Shown here: one piece after another, positions 39,351 to 49,415 of the stretch | Position numbering within the stretch: position 1 is the first letter of the stretch | How the letters are laid out: the number at the start of each line of letters is the position of its first letter | Virus record (IMG/VR): IMGVR_UViG_3300033146_004399 | Span: 115,367-179,366 of that record | Direction: 5' to 3' (one strand) | DNA from: a virus | Length of the DNA: 64,000 nucleotides | Position numbers and translations under genes: made by a program | The notes under the pieces: generated by a model | Told to the model about the DNA's origin: nothing | The model's database searches: none | The model's input: only the letters and a program-made list of their open reading frames with translations

Positions 39351-40786
39351 TGAATGAACCTGTATGTAACGTAAAAAAATGTCCATATTATCAAAGCTTT
39401 TTCAAACCAAATGAATTGATACAAAGTTATGTAGATATATTTATGGATAAGGGTAAAACAGCACATGCTTATCAAGTTGTTAGTAGTGTTAAGGGTATGT
39501 GTCTTGCATGTATTCACTTTCAGAAAAAAGATATACCTAATCTATTGACAGTAGCAGAAGCTTTATATCATTTAAAAGAAGATAATAATGAGGAGTAATA
39601 TATGACCCCAGAAGAAATTGAAGCGAGATTTCTTGCTCTTGAGAGAGATAACAAGAAGTTGAATAAGGATAATAAAGCTTTTATAAAATTAATAAATGAT
39701 CATGCTGGCTATATAAATAAAAATGCTACTACTATGAAAGGCATAGATAAATATATAAGAACGGAATTACAGCGTGTAGCCGCATCAATTAGAAAACTTG
39801 CAAATAGGAAAGTTAGATGAGTGAAGCTAAAGATAAAAGAATAATTGATGCATATATGAAAAAGCACCCTGATGCTTCCATACAGAAAATTGAATCTTAT
39901 GCTCAAAAAAAGGGTATCCATATTACAGTTATGCCTCAAACTGAACATCAAAGATTAAAAACAAAAATGATGAAAGATGCTGGTCTTGATGCTAATTTAG
40001 ATTTAGGAAAAGAGAGTGATCAAATTAAACTATTGGAAGCTGTTAATTCTCTTCCTAAAGAAAAACAATCTGAGTTTTTAGCGATGATGAAAAAATGAGT
40101 ATTCAAGGTTTAGCTATGGCACTCTTATCAAATCATGTTTGTGATAATTGCGATAATCAAACTTACCTTATATATAATGATTCTGATATTGGATGTTGGG
40201 AAAGTATGTCAAATAATCCTGTAGCTAGATGCTCTTTAAAATTGAAGCAAGGAACAAATAAACATAAAACTTGTCCAAGAGTAAATACTTGTAAAAAATG
40301 GAGCCCAATAATTGAAAGATAAAATTTATGTTCTCGGACCTAAATCTTCAGGTAAAACTACATTCATTCACAAATTAATGGGAAGAGATTATGTAGTTTT
40401 CAAAGATAAAGTAATTGAATCAGGGGAAAAGATAAAGCCTGATGATGCGATTCAAATTTATCTCATTTTCCCTAATCCAGATGAATTAAAAAATCGTGGT
40501 GGGGATATAACAGATGAAGAAATTGAAGAATGGATGACTTTTTACTATTCCAATGTAAAGGATATAACAATTGTTGAAGATTTTTAATAAAAAGAAAATT
40601 GCTGAAAATATAGAAAAAACTGGTAGTGAATATTTATGTGATAGTTGTCGCTATTATTCTATAGCATGTGATCCTTATTGTACTATATTAAGAATACCTC
40701 TTTATAATAAAAAATATAAATGTCAATATTATATTAATAGTTATAGAGAGAAATGTCCAGATAAGGTGGAAAATCCAAATGAGTGA
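39350..40786 (+). other. Run of small hypothetical genes (39350, 39602, 39817, 40095, 40312, 40571), several Cys-rich; 40312 has a P-loop
   Basis: Overlapping start/stop codons; CxxC motifs; GPKSSGKT in 40312..40587. Confidence 0.6.
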
Positions 40787-41669
40787 AAATTACAAAATAT
40801 CAATATACCTCAACAACTATCTTCCTAAATATAATCGTACTCAATTATCTAAAAATGAAATAATGCATCTTCCTCTTAAAGATGCAAAAAAAGCTACCCT
40901 TTCAGATAAATATACTTATATTTTAAGAGGTGAATCTACTATATATCCATACCTCTATGAACTTCTTGATCATCTTCAAGGTAAGAATTTTATTCTTATG
41001 ACTGAAGGTACAGACCCGGGAGTTTTAATACGTTATAAAAAGAAAATCCCGTATCTTTCAATTAATTGGGATGGTTTTCTAAATGATAGAATGAGATTTA
41101 ATTCCTCTCTAACTAGCAATATTATGAAACTTCTCGAACATTTTAAAAATAAAGATATGACTGTTCGTATCTCTTATACTTTTACTAAGACTAATCTTCC
41201 ATGGATTAATGTAGATGCAGATATATTACAGAAATTTTATGAACTTTATCAAAATGTTAAAAAGCCTTATTTTATCATTTATCAACAAACTGAAATTTAT
41301 AATCAGGAAGTATTTACTTGGGTTGGGATAGGTTTGAAAACAATTAGTATGCTAAGTCATAAAGGCCTCCTTTCACCAAAAAATTTAGCCTTCCTTAACG
41401 CGTGGATACATAAAGAGAGTTATGATTGTTATTCACCTCGAGGTGAAATGGTGTTAAGCTGGGACGGGAATTTTAAACTTTGCCAATCAATGAGATTTGG
41501 CGAAGTTATAGCCAATATATCTGATGGCTCAATAGAAGAAATTATTGAAGGTACAGAAGATGAAAGGGCTGATTGTGTGAAATGTGCTTTCAGAGAAAAT
41601 TGCTGGTTATCCTTTCATTATAAAGACAATATAAATTTTCTCAAAAATCCAACATTATTACCAAAGTAA
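40779..41669 (+). CDS. Degenerate radical-SAM-like protein with SPASM/twitch C-terminus
   Basis: C...MVLSWDGNFKLCQ...IANI...SIEEI...CVKCAFRENC; no CxxxCxxC motif. Confidence 0.5.
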   Translation: MSENYKISIYLNNYLPKYNRTQLSKNEIMHLPLKDAKKATLSDKYTYILRGESTIYPYLYELLDHLQGKNFILMTEGTDPGVLIRYKKKIPYLSINWDGFLNDRMRFNSSLTSNIMKLLEHFKNKDMTVRISYTFTKTNLPWINVDADILQKFYELYQNVKKPYFIIYQQTEIYNQEVFTWVGIGLKTISMLSHKGLLSPKNLAFLNAWIHKESYDCYSPRGEMVLSWDGNFKLCQSMRFGEVIANISDGSIEEIIEGTEDERADCVKCAFRENCWLSFHYKDNINFLKNPTLLPK

Positions 41670-41975
41670 GTATGGTATAAAAGTGTAAATTCATATAAGA
41701 TAATTATATGAGTGAAAAAAATACTTTAAACCCTGGCAAAGCGAAACATGTTAAAATGGGTCAACTTTTGGTTGCTAAAGATACTAAGTTGGATCAAGCT
41801 ACACATAAGTTTCCTTTTGATTTTATTTTTTATAATTACTATAGAATCGAAGACGGATTCATAGTATATCAAGAAATGTATTCTGAGAATCATGAAAAGA
41901 AATTAAATAAAATGATGATTCCTGATACTATGATAGATGATTTTATGACATTTATTGCCGAAGAACAACTTTTAA

Positions 41976-42152
41976 ATGACTGATAGCGCTGCAGCAATCT
42001 CCCACCTCCTAAACAAAAGTTGTGCCAATTGTATACATTGTATACAAGAATCGTCTGTATTCTGTACTTTTAGAATGACATCACCCTCAGCTTTCACATG
42101 TGATAAATGGAAAAAATTTACAACTTTCACGTGGAATTTAACACCTAAATAG
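41976..42152 (+). CDS. AKxLL-CxxC family small protein (58 aa, below the ORF track cutoff)
   Basis: ISHLLNKSCANCIHC...C...TCDKW. Confidence 0.55.
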   Translation: MTDSAAAISHLLNKSCANCIHCIQESSVFCTFRMTSPSAFTCDKWKKFTTFTWNLTPK

Positions 42153-42185
42153 CATATTTTATTATAAAAAGTTGGAGTTTTTCTT

Positions 42186-42692
42186 TTGAACACAAATGAA
42201 ATAGCAAAATCTCTCTTAACATCTGAACAAAATATAAATAATGTTATAACTTTTAAAATGAATGATTATAAAAGTATGGATAAAAAAACAATTTTAAATC
42301 CAGATACATTTATAAATATAGAACATTATGTCATGGCTTTTCAAGTATCTTCCGTTGGAGATGTTGATAAAATTGAATACGCAAATATTCCAGGTTTTAT
42401 TTTTTGTGATTGGCATCTTAATAATCAAAACGTAAAAAGAAAAACACAGCCTCACTATATTTGGGATAGCACAATCTTATTTAAAAATGAATTAGTAAAA
42501 GCCTATCTTAACGAAATTCAAGTTAAAACAGAAAAAGTAATAGTAAACCCCTTTGAAAATATATTTAAAGAAAATGTGGTTCAAGTAAACGGTATCATAA
42601 CTGTTGAAACTACAAAAGACGTAATAGATATATTTATAAATTCAAAACATCTATATTTTGTCAATAAGGATAGTTTGTATGGAACACAATGA
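42186..42692 (+). CDS. Hypothetical protein with EIAKSLL N-terminus
   Basis: TTG start downstream of AGCATATTT; AKxLL leader. Confidence 0.55.
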   Translation: MNTNEIAKSLLTSEQNINNVITFKMNDYKSMDKKTILNPDTFINIEHYVMAFQVSSVGDVDKIEYANIPGFIFCDWHLNNQNVKRKTQPHYIWDSTILFKNELVKAYLNEIQVKTEKVIVNPFENIFKENVVQVNGIITVETTKDVIDIFINSKHLYFVNKDSLYGTQ

Positions 42693-42954
42693 AGCTATAG
42701 CTGCCTTAACTGAGAGTATATATATTCAGCCTAAAGATATTGTTGGGGTGGGATTTATATCTGATGTTAATACTCGTGATGTTGAAACAATGGAAGTTAC
42801 TTATAGAGGGCAATCATTTACCAAACCAACCAGACACCTAGACCAAGAAATAACTGTAAAATTAGATTATATGACTAGAGAATTGACAGCTATGATTATG
42901 TCAGGTGATGTAAAAGTTGTGATCATAAAACACAGAGGAGATTTACATGTTTAA
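42658..42954 (+). CDS. Small protein with possible tail-tube-like segment
   Basis: VETMEVTYRGQSFTKP...ITVKLD recalls gp19 (VEIPFRGRKINIAG...WTVT). Confidence 0.4.
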   Translation: MSIRIVCMEHNEAIAALTESIYIQPKDIVGVGFISDVNTRDVETMEVTYRGQSFTKPTRHLDQEITVKLDYMTRELTAMIMSGDVKVVIIKHRGDLHV

Positions 42955-43201
42955 TAAAAAGAAAATAAAGAATGCTAAAGAAGAATTTCAGAGAGACTTC
43001 AAAGAATTTATTAGAGACCTCCTATTTGAAGATACTGGTTCTGCTCTTGGAAAAGCACATAGATTTATTAAACCTTTTTTAGACAGTGGATTAGTTGACA
43101 GTTTTGGGTTTGACGTAAATAAAAGCGGGACTACAAATACTCTTATAAAATATACAGATGGTGATTCTATAGCTTATACACTCTTCGATGAACAGTCCTA
43201 A
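42947..43201 (+). CDS. Small protein with possible sheath C-terminal-like segment
   Basis: LLFE...FIKPFL..G.V..F..D recalls the gp18 C-terminal domain. Confidence 0.35.
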   Translation: MFNKKKIKNAKEEFQRDFKEFIRDLLFEDTGSALGKAHRFIKPFLDSGLVDSFGFDVNKSGTTNTLIKYTDGDSIAYTLFDEQS

Positions 43202-43451
43202 AGCTGCTAAGAATATATTAGCAGGGAAAAGCTGCTATGATTGTAGATTTTTTAAGAATGATAAATGCCGTTACGGAAATTTATCGGAAGAATTATGGTG
43301 TGATCAGTGGGATAGTCCAAATGGTGCTCATAAGTTACGTGTCAATTGGACCAAGGAATCTGAAAAAGATATTAAAGCTTACCGTGGACTAAATGTTGAA
43401 GAAGAATTAATTAAAGCTGTCCAAACAGAAATAGATAAGGAGTTGAAATGA
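43188..43451 (+). CDS. AKxLL-CxxC protein fused to a major capsid fragment
   Basis: KLRVNWTKESEKDIKAYRGLNVEEEL...EIDKEL aligns with this window's capsid KLKAMWSQESEQDLKAYHGLSADAEL...EIDREI. Confidence 0.75.
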   Translation: MNSPKAAKNILAGKSCYDCRFFKNDKCRYGNLSEELWCDQWDSPNGAHKLRVNWTKESEKDIKAYRGLNVEEELIKAVQTEIDKELK

Positions 43452-43930
43452 TATATGATAAAAGAATGGATGCTTTATTAACACAATATCGTAATAAACT
43501 AACAGATTCACTTGAGTCAGTAACGACGCCAACTACAGAAAGGAAGGTGAGAGTTAATACTCCTTACGGATATGAATATAAAAGTAAGATGGTAAAATTT
43601 AAAAGATTGGATTGGAAAGGCACTCCAATTAAATGGGGTTTCAATGATGCAGAAGCAGAATTTAATACTAATAATTTTGAAGAACATTTTGTAGTAGCAG
43701 ACAGAAAACGTATGGATAAAATCATGGCTCACACTTTTAAAACTTTTGATAGCTATATAGATAAAGAGGTGGCTAAAATCCTTTTAGAAGGACACTCTGC
43801 ATTCTTCAATTATCGTGATGCAATAGATGTTACTGTTGAAGTTACAGAGAGTTGTGTCTCTCCTAAAGGAAATTGTATTACCCATATTATTCTTAAACCT
43901 TCAATAACTATAGCGGTTGAAGATGGTTGA
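43448..43930 (+). CDS. Hypothetical protein, C-terminus possibly sheath-like
   Basis: IDVTVEVTESCVSP...HIILKPSITI recalls the gp18 C-terminus. Confidence 0.4.
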   Translation: MIYDKRMDALLTQYRNKLTDSLESVTTPTTERKVRVNTPYGYEYKSKMVKFKRLDWKGTPIKWGFNDAEAEFNTNNFEEHFVVADRKRMDKIMAHTFKTFDSYIDKEVAKILLEGHSAFFNYRDAIDVTVEVTESCVSPKGNCITHIILKPSITIAVEDG

Positions 43931-44162
43931 GGAAGCCAAAAACATCCTTATAGGGAAAAGTTGTTATGATTGTGCATATCTACAAAAAAATAATATATGT
44001 AGTATTGATTCTAAAATAATACCTGAAGAAAAAAGTTGTCCCAGTTGGTCTCCACCAAGTGAGAATTTAATAGAAAAACTAAGAGATCAAATAGTGGCAG
44101 TAGTAGGTGTACCAAAGGAGTATTTATATGGAAAGAAAAATAATGGAAGCATGGCACGATGA
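43917..44162 (+). CDS. AKxLL-CxxC protein fused to a portal-like fragment
   Basis: LRDQIVAVVGVPKEYLYG versus portal FKDQILRTMGIPTGYLGG. Confidence 0.6.
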   Translation: MKMVEEAKNILIGKSCYDCAYLQKNNICSIDSKIIPEEKSCPSWSPPSENLIEKLRDQIVAVVGVPKEYLYGKKNNGSMAR

Positions 44163-44286
44163 AAATTTAATAATAACTAAACATGGTCTTACACAAATGA
44201 GAGCATTAATTATAATAGGAACAATTTTAGGATTTGCACTTGGTATGCAAACAATGTATTTAATTTTACTGTAAAAGGGGTTAATT

Positions 44287-45243
44287 ATGGCATCACGTCT
44301 TCCAAGATTAAAGTTTTTTTCCGGTCGTTCAAACTTACCATTAGCTAAAAAAGTTATAGATGCTAATGGTATTAAAGGTTCTAAAATTAATTTCTTTGAT
44401 TTTAAGAATAAAGAGATTAAAGTAAAAATTGAGGATAGTGTAAGAGGTGAAGACGTGTTTATTCTCCAGACTACAGCTCCTGACCATCCGCATAAATGGA
44501 TGATGGAATTATTCATTATGGCTCACACAGCTAAAAGAGCATCTGCTCGTCGAATAACAGCTGTTATGCCTTATATTTATGGTTCACGTCAAGATAGGAA
44601 GACTGAGCCTAGAAGTCCTATAACGATTCAACTTATGGGCCACCTTTTAGCAGCAGCAGGAGTTAATAGGCTTATAACTGTTGAGTTACACAATTTTGCA
44701 TCGGTTGCTGCATTCGGTGATATCGTTGTAGATGTTATTACTTCCTCAAAACTATTTTATCCACATATCCAACATCTATTTACAAATGATACGGTTGTTA
44801 TGTCTCCTGATGCTGGTGGCGTTCCAAGAGCTAAACATTACGCAAATCGTTTTAATACAGAATTAGGCTTCTGTTATAAAGCGAGAGAAGGAGAAGGACA
44901 GGCTAAAGTTCTATCTTTTAATGCAGATGTTAGTGGAAAAAACGTTGTAATCATAGATGATATTATAGATTCAGCTGGTACTCTTTGTACTGTAGTTGAA
45001 GCAGCTAAAGATGAGGGCGCGAAGAATATATACGTTGTCGCAACTCATGCTATTCTTTCTGGAGACGCATTAAAGAATATAGCTAATTCTAGTATTGATA
45101 AAGTTTACATCTCAGATTCAATCTCTCATTACTCTCTACCTGATATATTTGAAGTTATAAGTTTAGGACCTCTGTTAGCTAAAACAATAAAAGCAGTATC
45201 AGCAGATGAAAGTGTCGGGGATCTCTTTGAAAAGGATAAATAG
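44287..45243 (+). CDS. prs: Ribose-phosphate pyrophosphokinase
   Basis: DSVRGEDVFI, AVMPY..SRQDRK, SPDAGG, VIIDDIIDSAGT, ATHAILSG. Confidence 0.92.
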   Translation: MASRLPRLKFFSGRSNLPLAKKVIDANGIKGSKINFFDFKNKEIKVKIEDSVRGEDVFILQTTAPDHPHKWMMELFIMAHTAKRASARRITAVMPYIYGSRQDRKTEPRSPITIQLMGHLLAAAGVNRLITVELHNFASVAAFGDIVVDVITSSKLFYPHIQHLFTNDTVVMSPDAGGVPRAKHYANRFNTELGFCYKAREGEGQAKVLSFNADVSGKNVVIIDDIIDSAGTLCTVVEAAKDEGAKNIYVVATHAILSGDALKNIANSSIDKVYISDSISHYSLPDIFEVISLGPLLAKTIKAVSADESVGDLFEKDK

Positions 45244-45245
45244 AA

Positions 45246-46359
45246 ATGTTTAATACTACAGTTCAAGAAATAAATTCCCTGGATAATTTAGATGATTTCT
45301 ATAAAGTAACTAAAGCAATTGGTCTCTCAATTGGGAAGAAGGTTGATTATGTTCAAGCTCCATCCTTCTATACAATGGTTAAGGGGGCTGAATTTGAACT
45401 TGTTTCAGAGTATAGACAAGTAAGACCTTATCAATATAACTATCTTGGTATAATATATCTTTTTTACGCTCATATGGATAGGGATGTAATATACATTCTT
45501 GCTACTCGATATAGTCGTAAAGATATAGTATATGATATTAAAATAGATATTGAGAAGGTTAAAGAAGAAAAAATAGATGATGATTATATGAAGGCGCTTA
45601 TAGAAGTTGATGAGTTCCTAAATGGTGAATATATAGATAGGGAGTTAAATATTGGATGAAGAAATAATAGCAAAATATTTATTAGTTGGTGATACGATAA
45701 TTGATCTTATTAAAAAAGATGCAGATATGTATTATTCATGGCAAGCAAATATAGCAGTAGCATTTCAAGATGAGTATCACCGTAATAATAAGAAATATAA
45801 AAATAGAAAAGATATTCATAAAATTGCTAATGAAGCCGCAAAGCATTTTTTAGACTTATTAATAAGGAAATAAAATGGATAAAGATTACAACGGTATCAT
45901 GATTAAGAAGTATCATATTGAAGAAGAGAATGTACGAGAACAAGTATTTGAGAATGTATCACTTTCCTCCCTAAAAGTATCTCAACTAATTTGGATGTTA
46001 GTAATTTGAAGTATAAAATATCACTCATTAAAAATCAAATAGAGAATATATATCAAACAAGTATTAAGCCCCTCGAAGATGAGATCAAGCAATTTAAAGT
46101 GGATATTAAAAATATAAAAAAAGACAGGAAACAAAACGTTGATACTAAAAGAATTTTAAAAATTATTGATCAAGCTGTGAGTCAAAATCCTGATAATATA
46201 GTATTAAATACTAAAAGATTGCTATTGGATGGAAGCGCAGACTTTATGATTAATCTTAATAAAATTGATGAATTAACAGAAAATGAGAAGGAAGAATTAT
46301 ATGAACAGTATGTATATGAATTCAAAGTTATGGCTGGAATAATACAACCGAAAATGTAA
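45246..46359 (+). other. Hypothetical genes 45246-45659, 45652-45873, 45991-46359
   Basis: Packed ORFs; 45652 has IIAKYLL and SWQANIAVAFQDE. Confidence 0.55.
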
Positions 46360-46411
46360 TATTTTATATTGCGAAAGCATAATTATAAATATATAAAAAG
46401 TAGGAGAAAAA

Positions 46412-46921
46412 ATGTTATTAAAATTTGTAAAGACAAGAGAAGTAGAAAGTCCAAATAGAGGACACGCAACAGATGCAGGAATTGATTTTAGAATGCCTGA
46501 GTTTAGTGATGAATTTAGAGAAAGTATTCATAATAATGACGCGAATACTGGCTCATATTTTGATGGGGATAAATTAATTATACCTGCCAACTGCAACACC
46601 GTTATTCCATCAGGTATAAAAGTTGAAATACCATTTGGTTATATGGGGATGTTTGCAGATAAAAGTGGAGTGGCATCTAAAACTGATTTAATAGTAGGCG
46701 CAAAAATTATAGATACCTTCTATTCAGGTGAGGTACATATCGATCTTCACAATATTGGTAAAAGTGAAGTTCGTCTTGAAGCCGGACAAAAACTGGCTCA
46801 GATGATTTTGATTCCCATCTTAAATTGTGATTTAACTGAAGTTGGTGAAGATCAGCTATATGATTGGATGAAGCCAGATTCTATAAGAGGCGAGGGCGGA
46901 TTTGGCTCTACTGGTAAATGA
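46412..46921 (+). CDS. dut: Trimeric dUTPase
   Basis: AGIDF, KSGVA, IIDTFYSGE, KLAQMI, RGEGGFGSTG. Confidence 0.92.
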   Translation: MLLKFVKTREVESPNRGHATDAGIDFRMPEFSDEFRESIHNNDANTGSYFDGDKLIIPANCNTVIPSGIKVEIPFGYMGMFADKSGVASKTDLIVGAKIIDTFYSGEVHIDLHNIGKSEVRLEAGQKLAQMILIPILNCDLTEVGEDQLYDWMKPDSIRGEGGFGSTGK

Positions 46922-48494
46922 CGGAATTGTATAATATTGTTGCCAGCAATATAATAGCTGGCAAACAATGTATAAATTGTGTATGGTCTAAAAAAGCCAC
47001 TCCTGGATTTATACATTGTTTAAATGATAAAGACTATAAAGATTCTATAGGTACTAATGATATAAGTATAAAAGATTACGCTAAAACTATTTTATGGAAG
47101 GAGACGTATTCTTGTGAATGTTGGCACGGTGGTGAGAAATCTCCTCCTAGAACATAATTGTAAATGTTCTGAACGGTTTGCATCCTTATGTAATTGTGGC
47201 GCAAGAGCTATTATAGATTAAAACAATAGTTACTAACGGAATATCAAAAGATGAGAGAAATTTGTGAAGAATGGGATTCATAGTATAATTAAAAAAGTAA
47301 AGCCGGAGAATACATGTGGAAAGTGGCAAAGTAACAGATAGGAAGAAGTGTAAAAACTGTATCTATATAAGACGTAAAAGAAACAAATTTTATTGTTCTA
47401 ATAATATTCAAGTTACTAATATAATAGGTGTAGATATTGTTACAGCGTCTAATTTATTAGCTTCAGGCGGGAAGGTACAAATTGATGAGGACGGAACATG
47501 TGAATACTGGTCAGATTGCTAAAAATGTTCTCCTAGAGAGAATTTGTGATAATTGTACTCATTACGTCGATAACGATTTTGACGTTGGTGGAATATGTAG
47601 AAAAAATAGTCTCGACCTACCTGGGAAATCTATACCTAAGGAAAATACCTGTCTTGAGTGGAAAGAAGGTTTCCGCCTTGAAATTAAAATGACATCCATC
47701 CCCATAACAGTTAAAGCAAGGAAATTGAAGATTAAATGGACTAAAGATGCTGAGTAAAAATGAAAAAGCTAAAAATATTCTTATAGGGAAAGTGTGTAAG
47801 AATTGTATATATAAACATCCGTATAAAGATTATTATTGTTTCTTCTATGATATTAGAATATTTAAAAATATATGTAAGGACTTTAAATATAATGACAGAT
47901 GACATCCTTGCTAAGAAACTTTTAACTCGCCAGGAATTAAAATCAACCATGTTATACAGTGTGGATAGAAATAGTGTAACAGTTTATGATTGTCCGGCTT
48001 GTAGAGAAGACCATATAGACGCTTAAGTCTTATGTGATATGAAGGGACATTTTTATATAAGGTGCCCTAATACAGGTTTAAAAATTGTTGGTGTCTATGC
48101 ATAATTTATTTTATGGAAAATCATACTAAAGCTAAACATCTTCTTTTAAATCATAATTGTTATAATTGTGATTTCTATTTTAAAAAGTTTAATAATTGTA
48201 TGATGTTAATGATTAAGGAACATGTAACTAAAGAGAAGGCAATTTTGCCGAGAGAGTTAATTTGTGACAATTGGAATAATGAGCAACAACAATAAGATCG
48301 TAGCGGAAGCTAAAGCGTTATTAGCTGATAAAAATTGTAAAAATTGTAAATTTAATTTAATCCATGCTAGTTGGAATGCAATGAACCTGGAAGAGTGCGG
48401 CTGGTGGTATCATAATGACAGAGGGAGCAAAAAGTCACTTAATCCTCCGCCAGTAAAAGAATACGGAGCTTGTAAGTTATGGAAACATGTTTAA
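46918..48494 (+). other. Cluster of AKxLL-CxxC small genes (46918, 47316, 47482, 47747-47902, 47892-48104 interrupted, 48113, 48264)
   Basis: Shared AKNxL.GK.CxxC...C...CxxW pattern. Confidence 0.7.
47482..47757 (+). CDS. AKxLL-CxxC protein fused to a major capsid fragment
   Basis: IKMTSIPITVKARKLKIKWTKDAE aligns with capsid ITIGNIPVAVKTRKLKAMWSQESE. Confidence 0.75.
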   Translation: MMRTEHVNTGQIAKNVLLERICDNCTHYVDNDFDVGGICRKNSLDLPGKSIPKENTCLEWKEGFRLEIKMTSIPITVKARKLKIKWTKDAE

Positions 48495-48519
48495 ACTCTC
48501 TTAAAATTCGTTAAATAGT

Positions 48520-48548
48520 TTTGGATAATACAAAGAATATGGTATAAT
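48520..48548 (+). promoter_or_regulatory. Promoter TTTGGA-N17-TATAAT (copy 4)
   Basis: TTTGGA 48520-48525, TATAAT 48543-48548. Confidence 0.65.
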
Positions 48549-48583
48549 ATAAATATATAACAAAGGGATAAAGAGGTGAAAAG

Positions 48584-49396
48584 ATGAAAAGATTATTTAG
48601 TATTTTAATTCTCATAGTATTAGTATTTGCTGGCTGTGAAATGAATACACTCATTGTAGATGAAGGCTTTAGTCTTTTAGGCTTTAGTCTTATAGCGGAA
48701 GGAGTAAGCGCTGATTCTTCTGCGAGAGGGACTTCATCTAATGGTTTAAAATTAGCTTTTAGATCTTCAGATATTGAATTTTGGGCAGCTGGTGATAATT
48801 ATACAAACTTAATTTCTACAAAATTTGTAAGTGGTGGGGTTACAGATAAAAATGAATCAATTGAAATTAGTTTATCTGATACAGCTGAGAATGTAGTATT
48901 TATGCCTAATAAAGTTCATATTGAAAGAGGTTATGAGATGCCAAATTTCGATATGAATAAAGTATATAATATCGTACGTATGGATATCGGAAGTGGTCAG
49001 CTTACCTTAACTATGAACGGAAATCCAGTTAATGCATCAAATTCAACACTCAGTAGTACAAGTCTTAACGCAAACAGTATAGTGTTAGTTGACAGAAATA
49101 TTATGCATGAAGCTCATTATATCTCAAGACTCGAAATGCGTAATATTAACGATTATAATTATAACGTTGATGATGATTTTATAAAAGAATTTAATTCAAA
49201 TATAGGTAGTATAGACGTGGACGGTGCTTTATTTCTTCCTTTTGATTCAATTGATTTTGCTGGTAAAAATAAGGCTAAGAACGTTCATATAAGACTTAAA
49301 TGGAATATGGATGATATATTTGACATGGATAATGTGCTTAAAGGTACTGCTGATGGCACTCCATATGATTTTAGTGTTGAGGTAGAGATTAACTGA
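48584..49396 (+). CDS. Predicted lipoprotein
   Basis: MKR + hydrophobic stretch + lipobox VFAGC. Confidence 0.75.
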   Translation: MKRLFSILILIVLVFAGCEMNTLIVDEGFSLLGFSLIAEGVSADSSARGTSSNGLKLAFRSSDIEFWAAGDNYTNLISTKFVSGGVTDKNESIEISLSDTAENVVFMPNKVHIERGYEMPNFDMNKVYNIVRMDIGSGQLTLTMNGNPVNASNSTLSSTSLNANSIVLVDRNIMHEAHYISRLEMRNINDYNYNVDDDFIKEFNSNIGSIDVDGALFLPFDSIDFAGKNKAKNVHIRLKWNMDDIFDMDNVLKGTADGTPYDFSVEVEIN

Positions 49397-49415
49397 TATC
49401 ACATTATAAAAACAC

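Noticed and set aside
45991-46359. Intein-like fragment IVLNTKRLLLDG resembling the portal intein start
   Set aside because: Short match, no Cys1 and no C-terminal HN; likely chance
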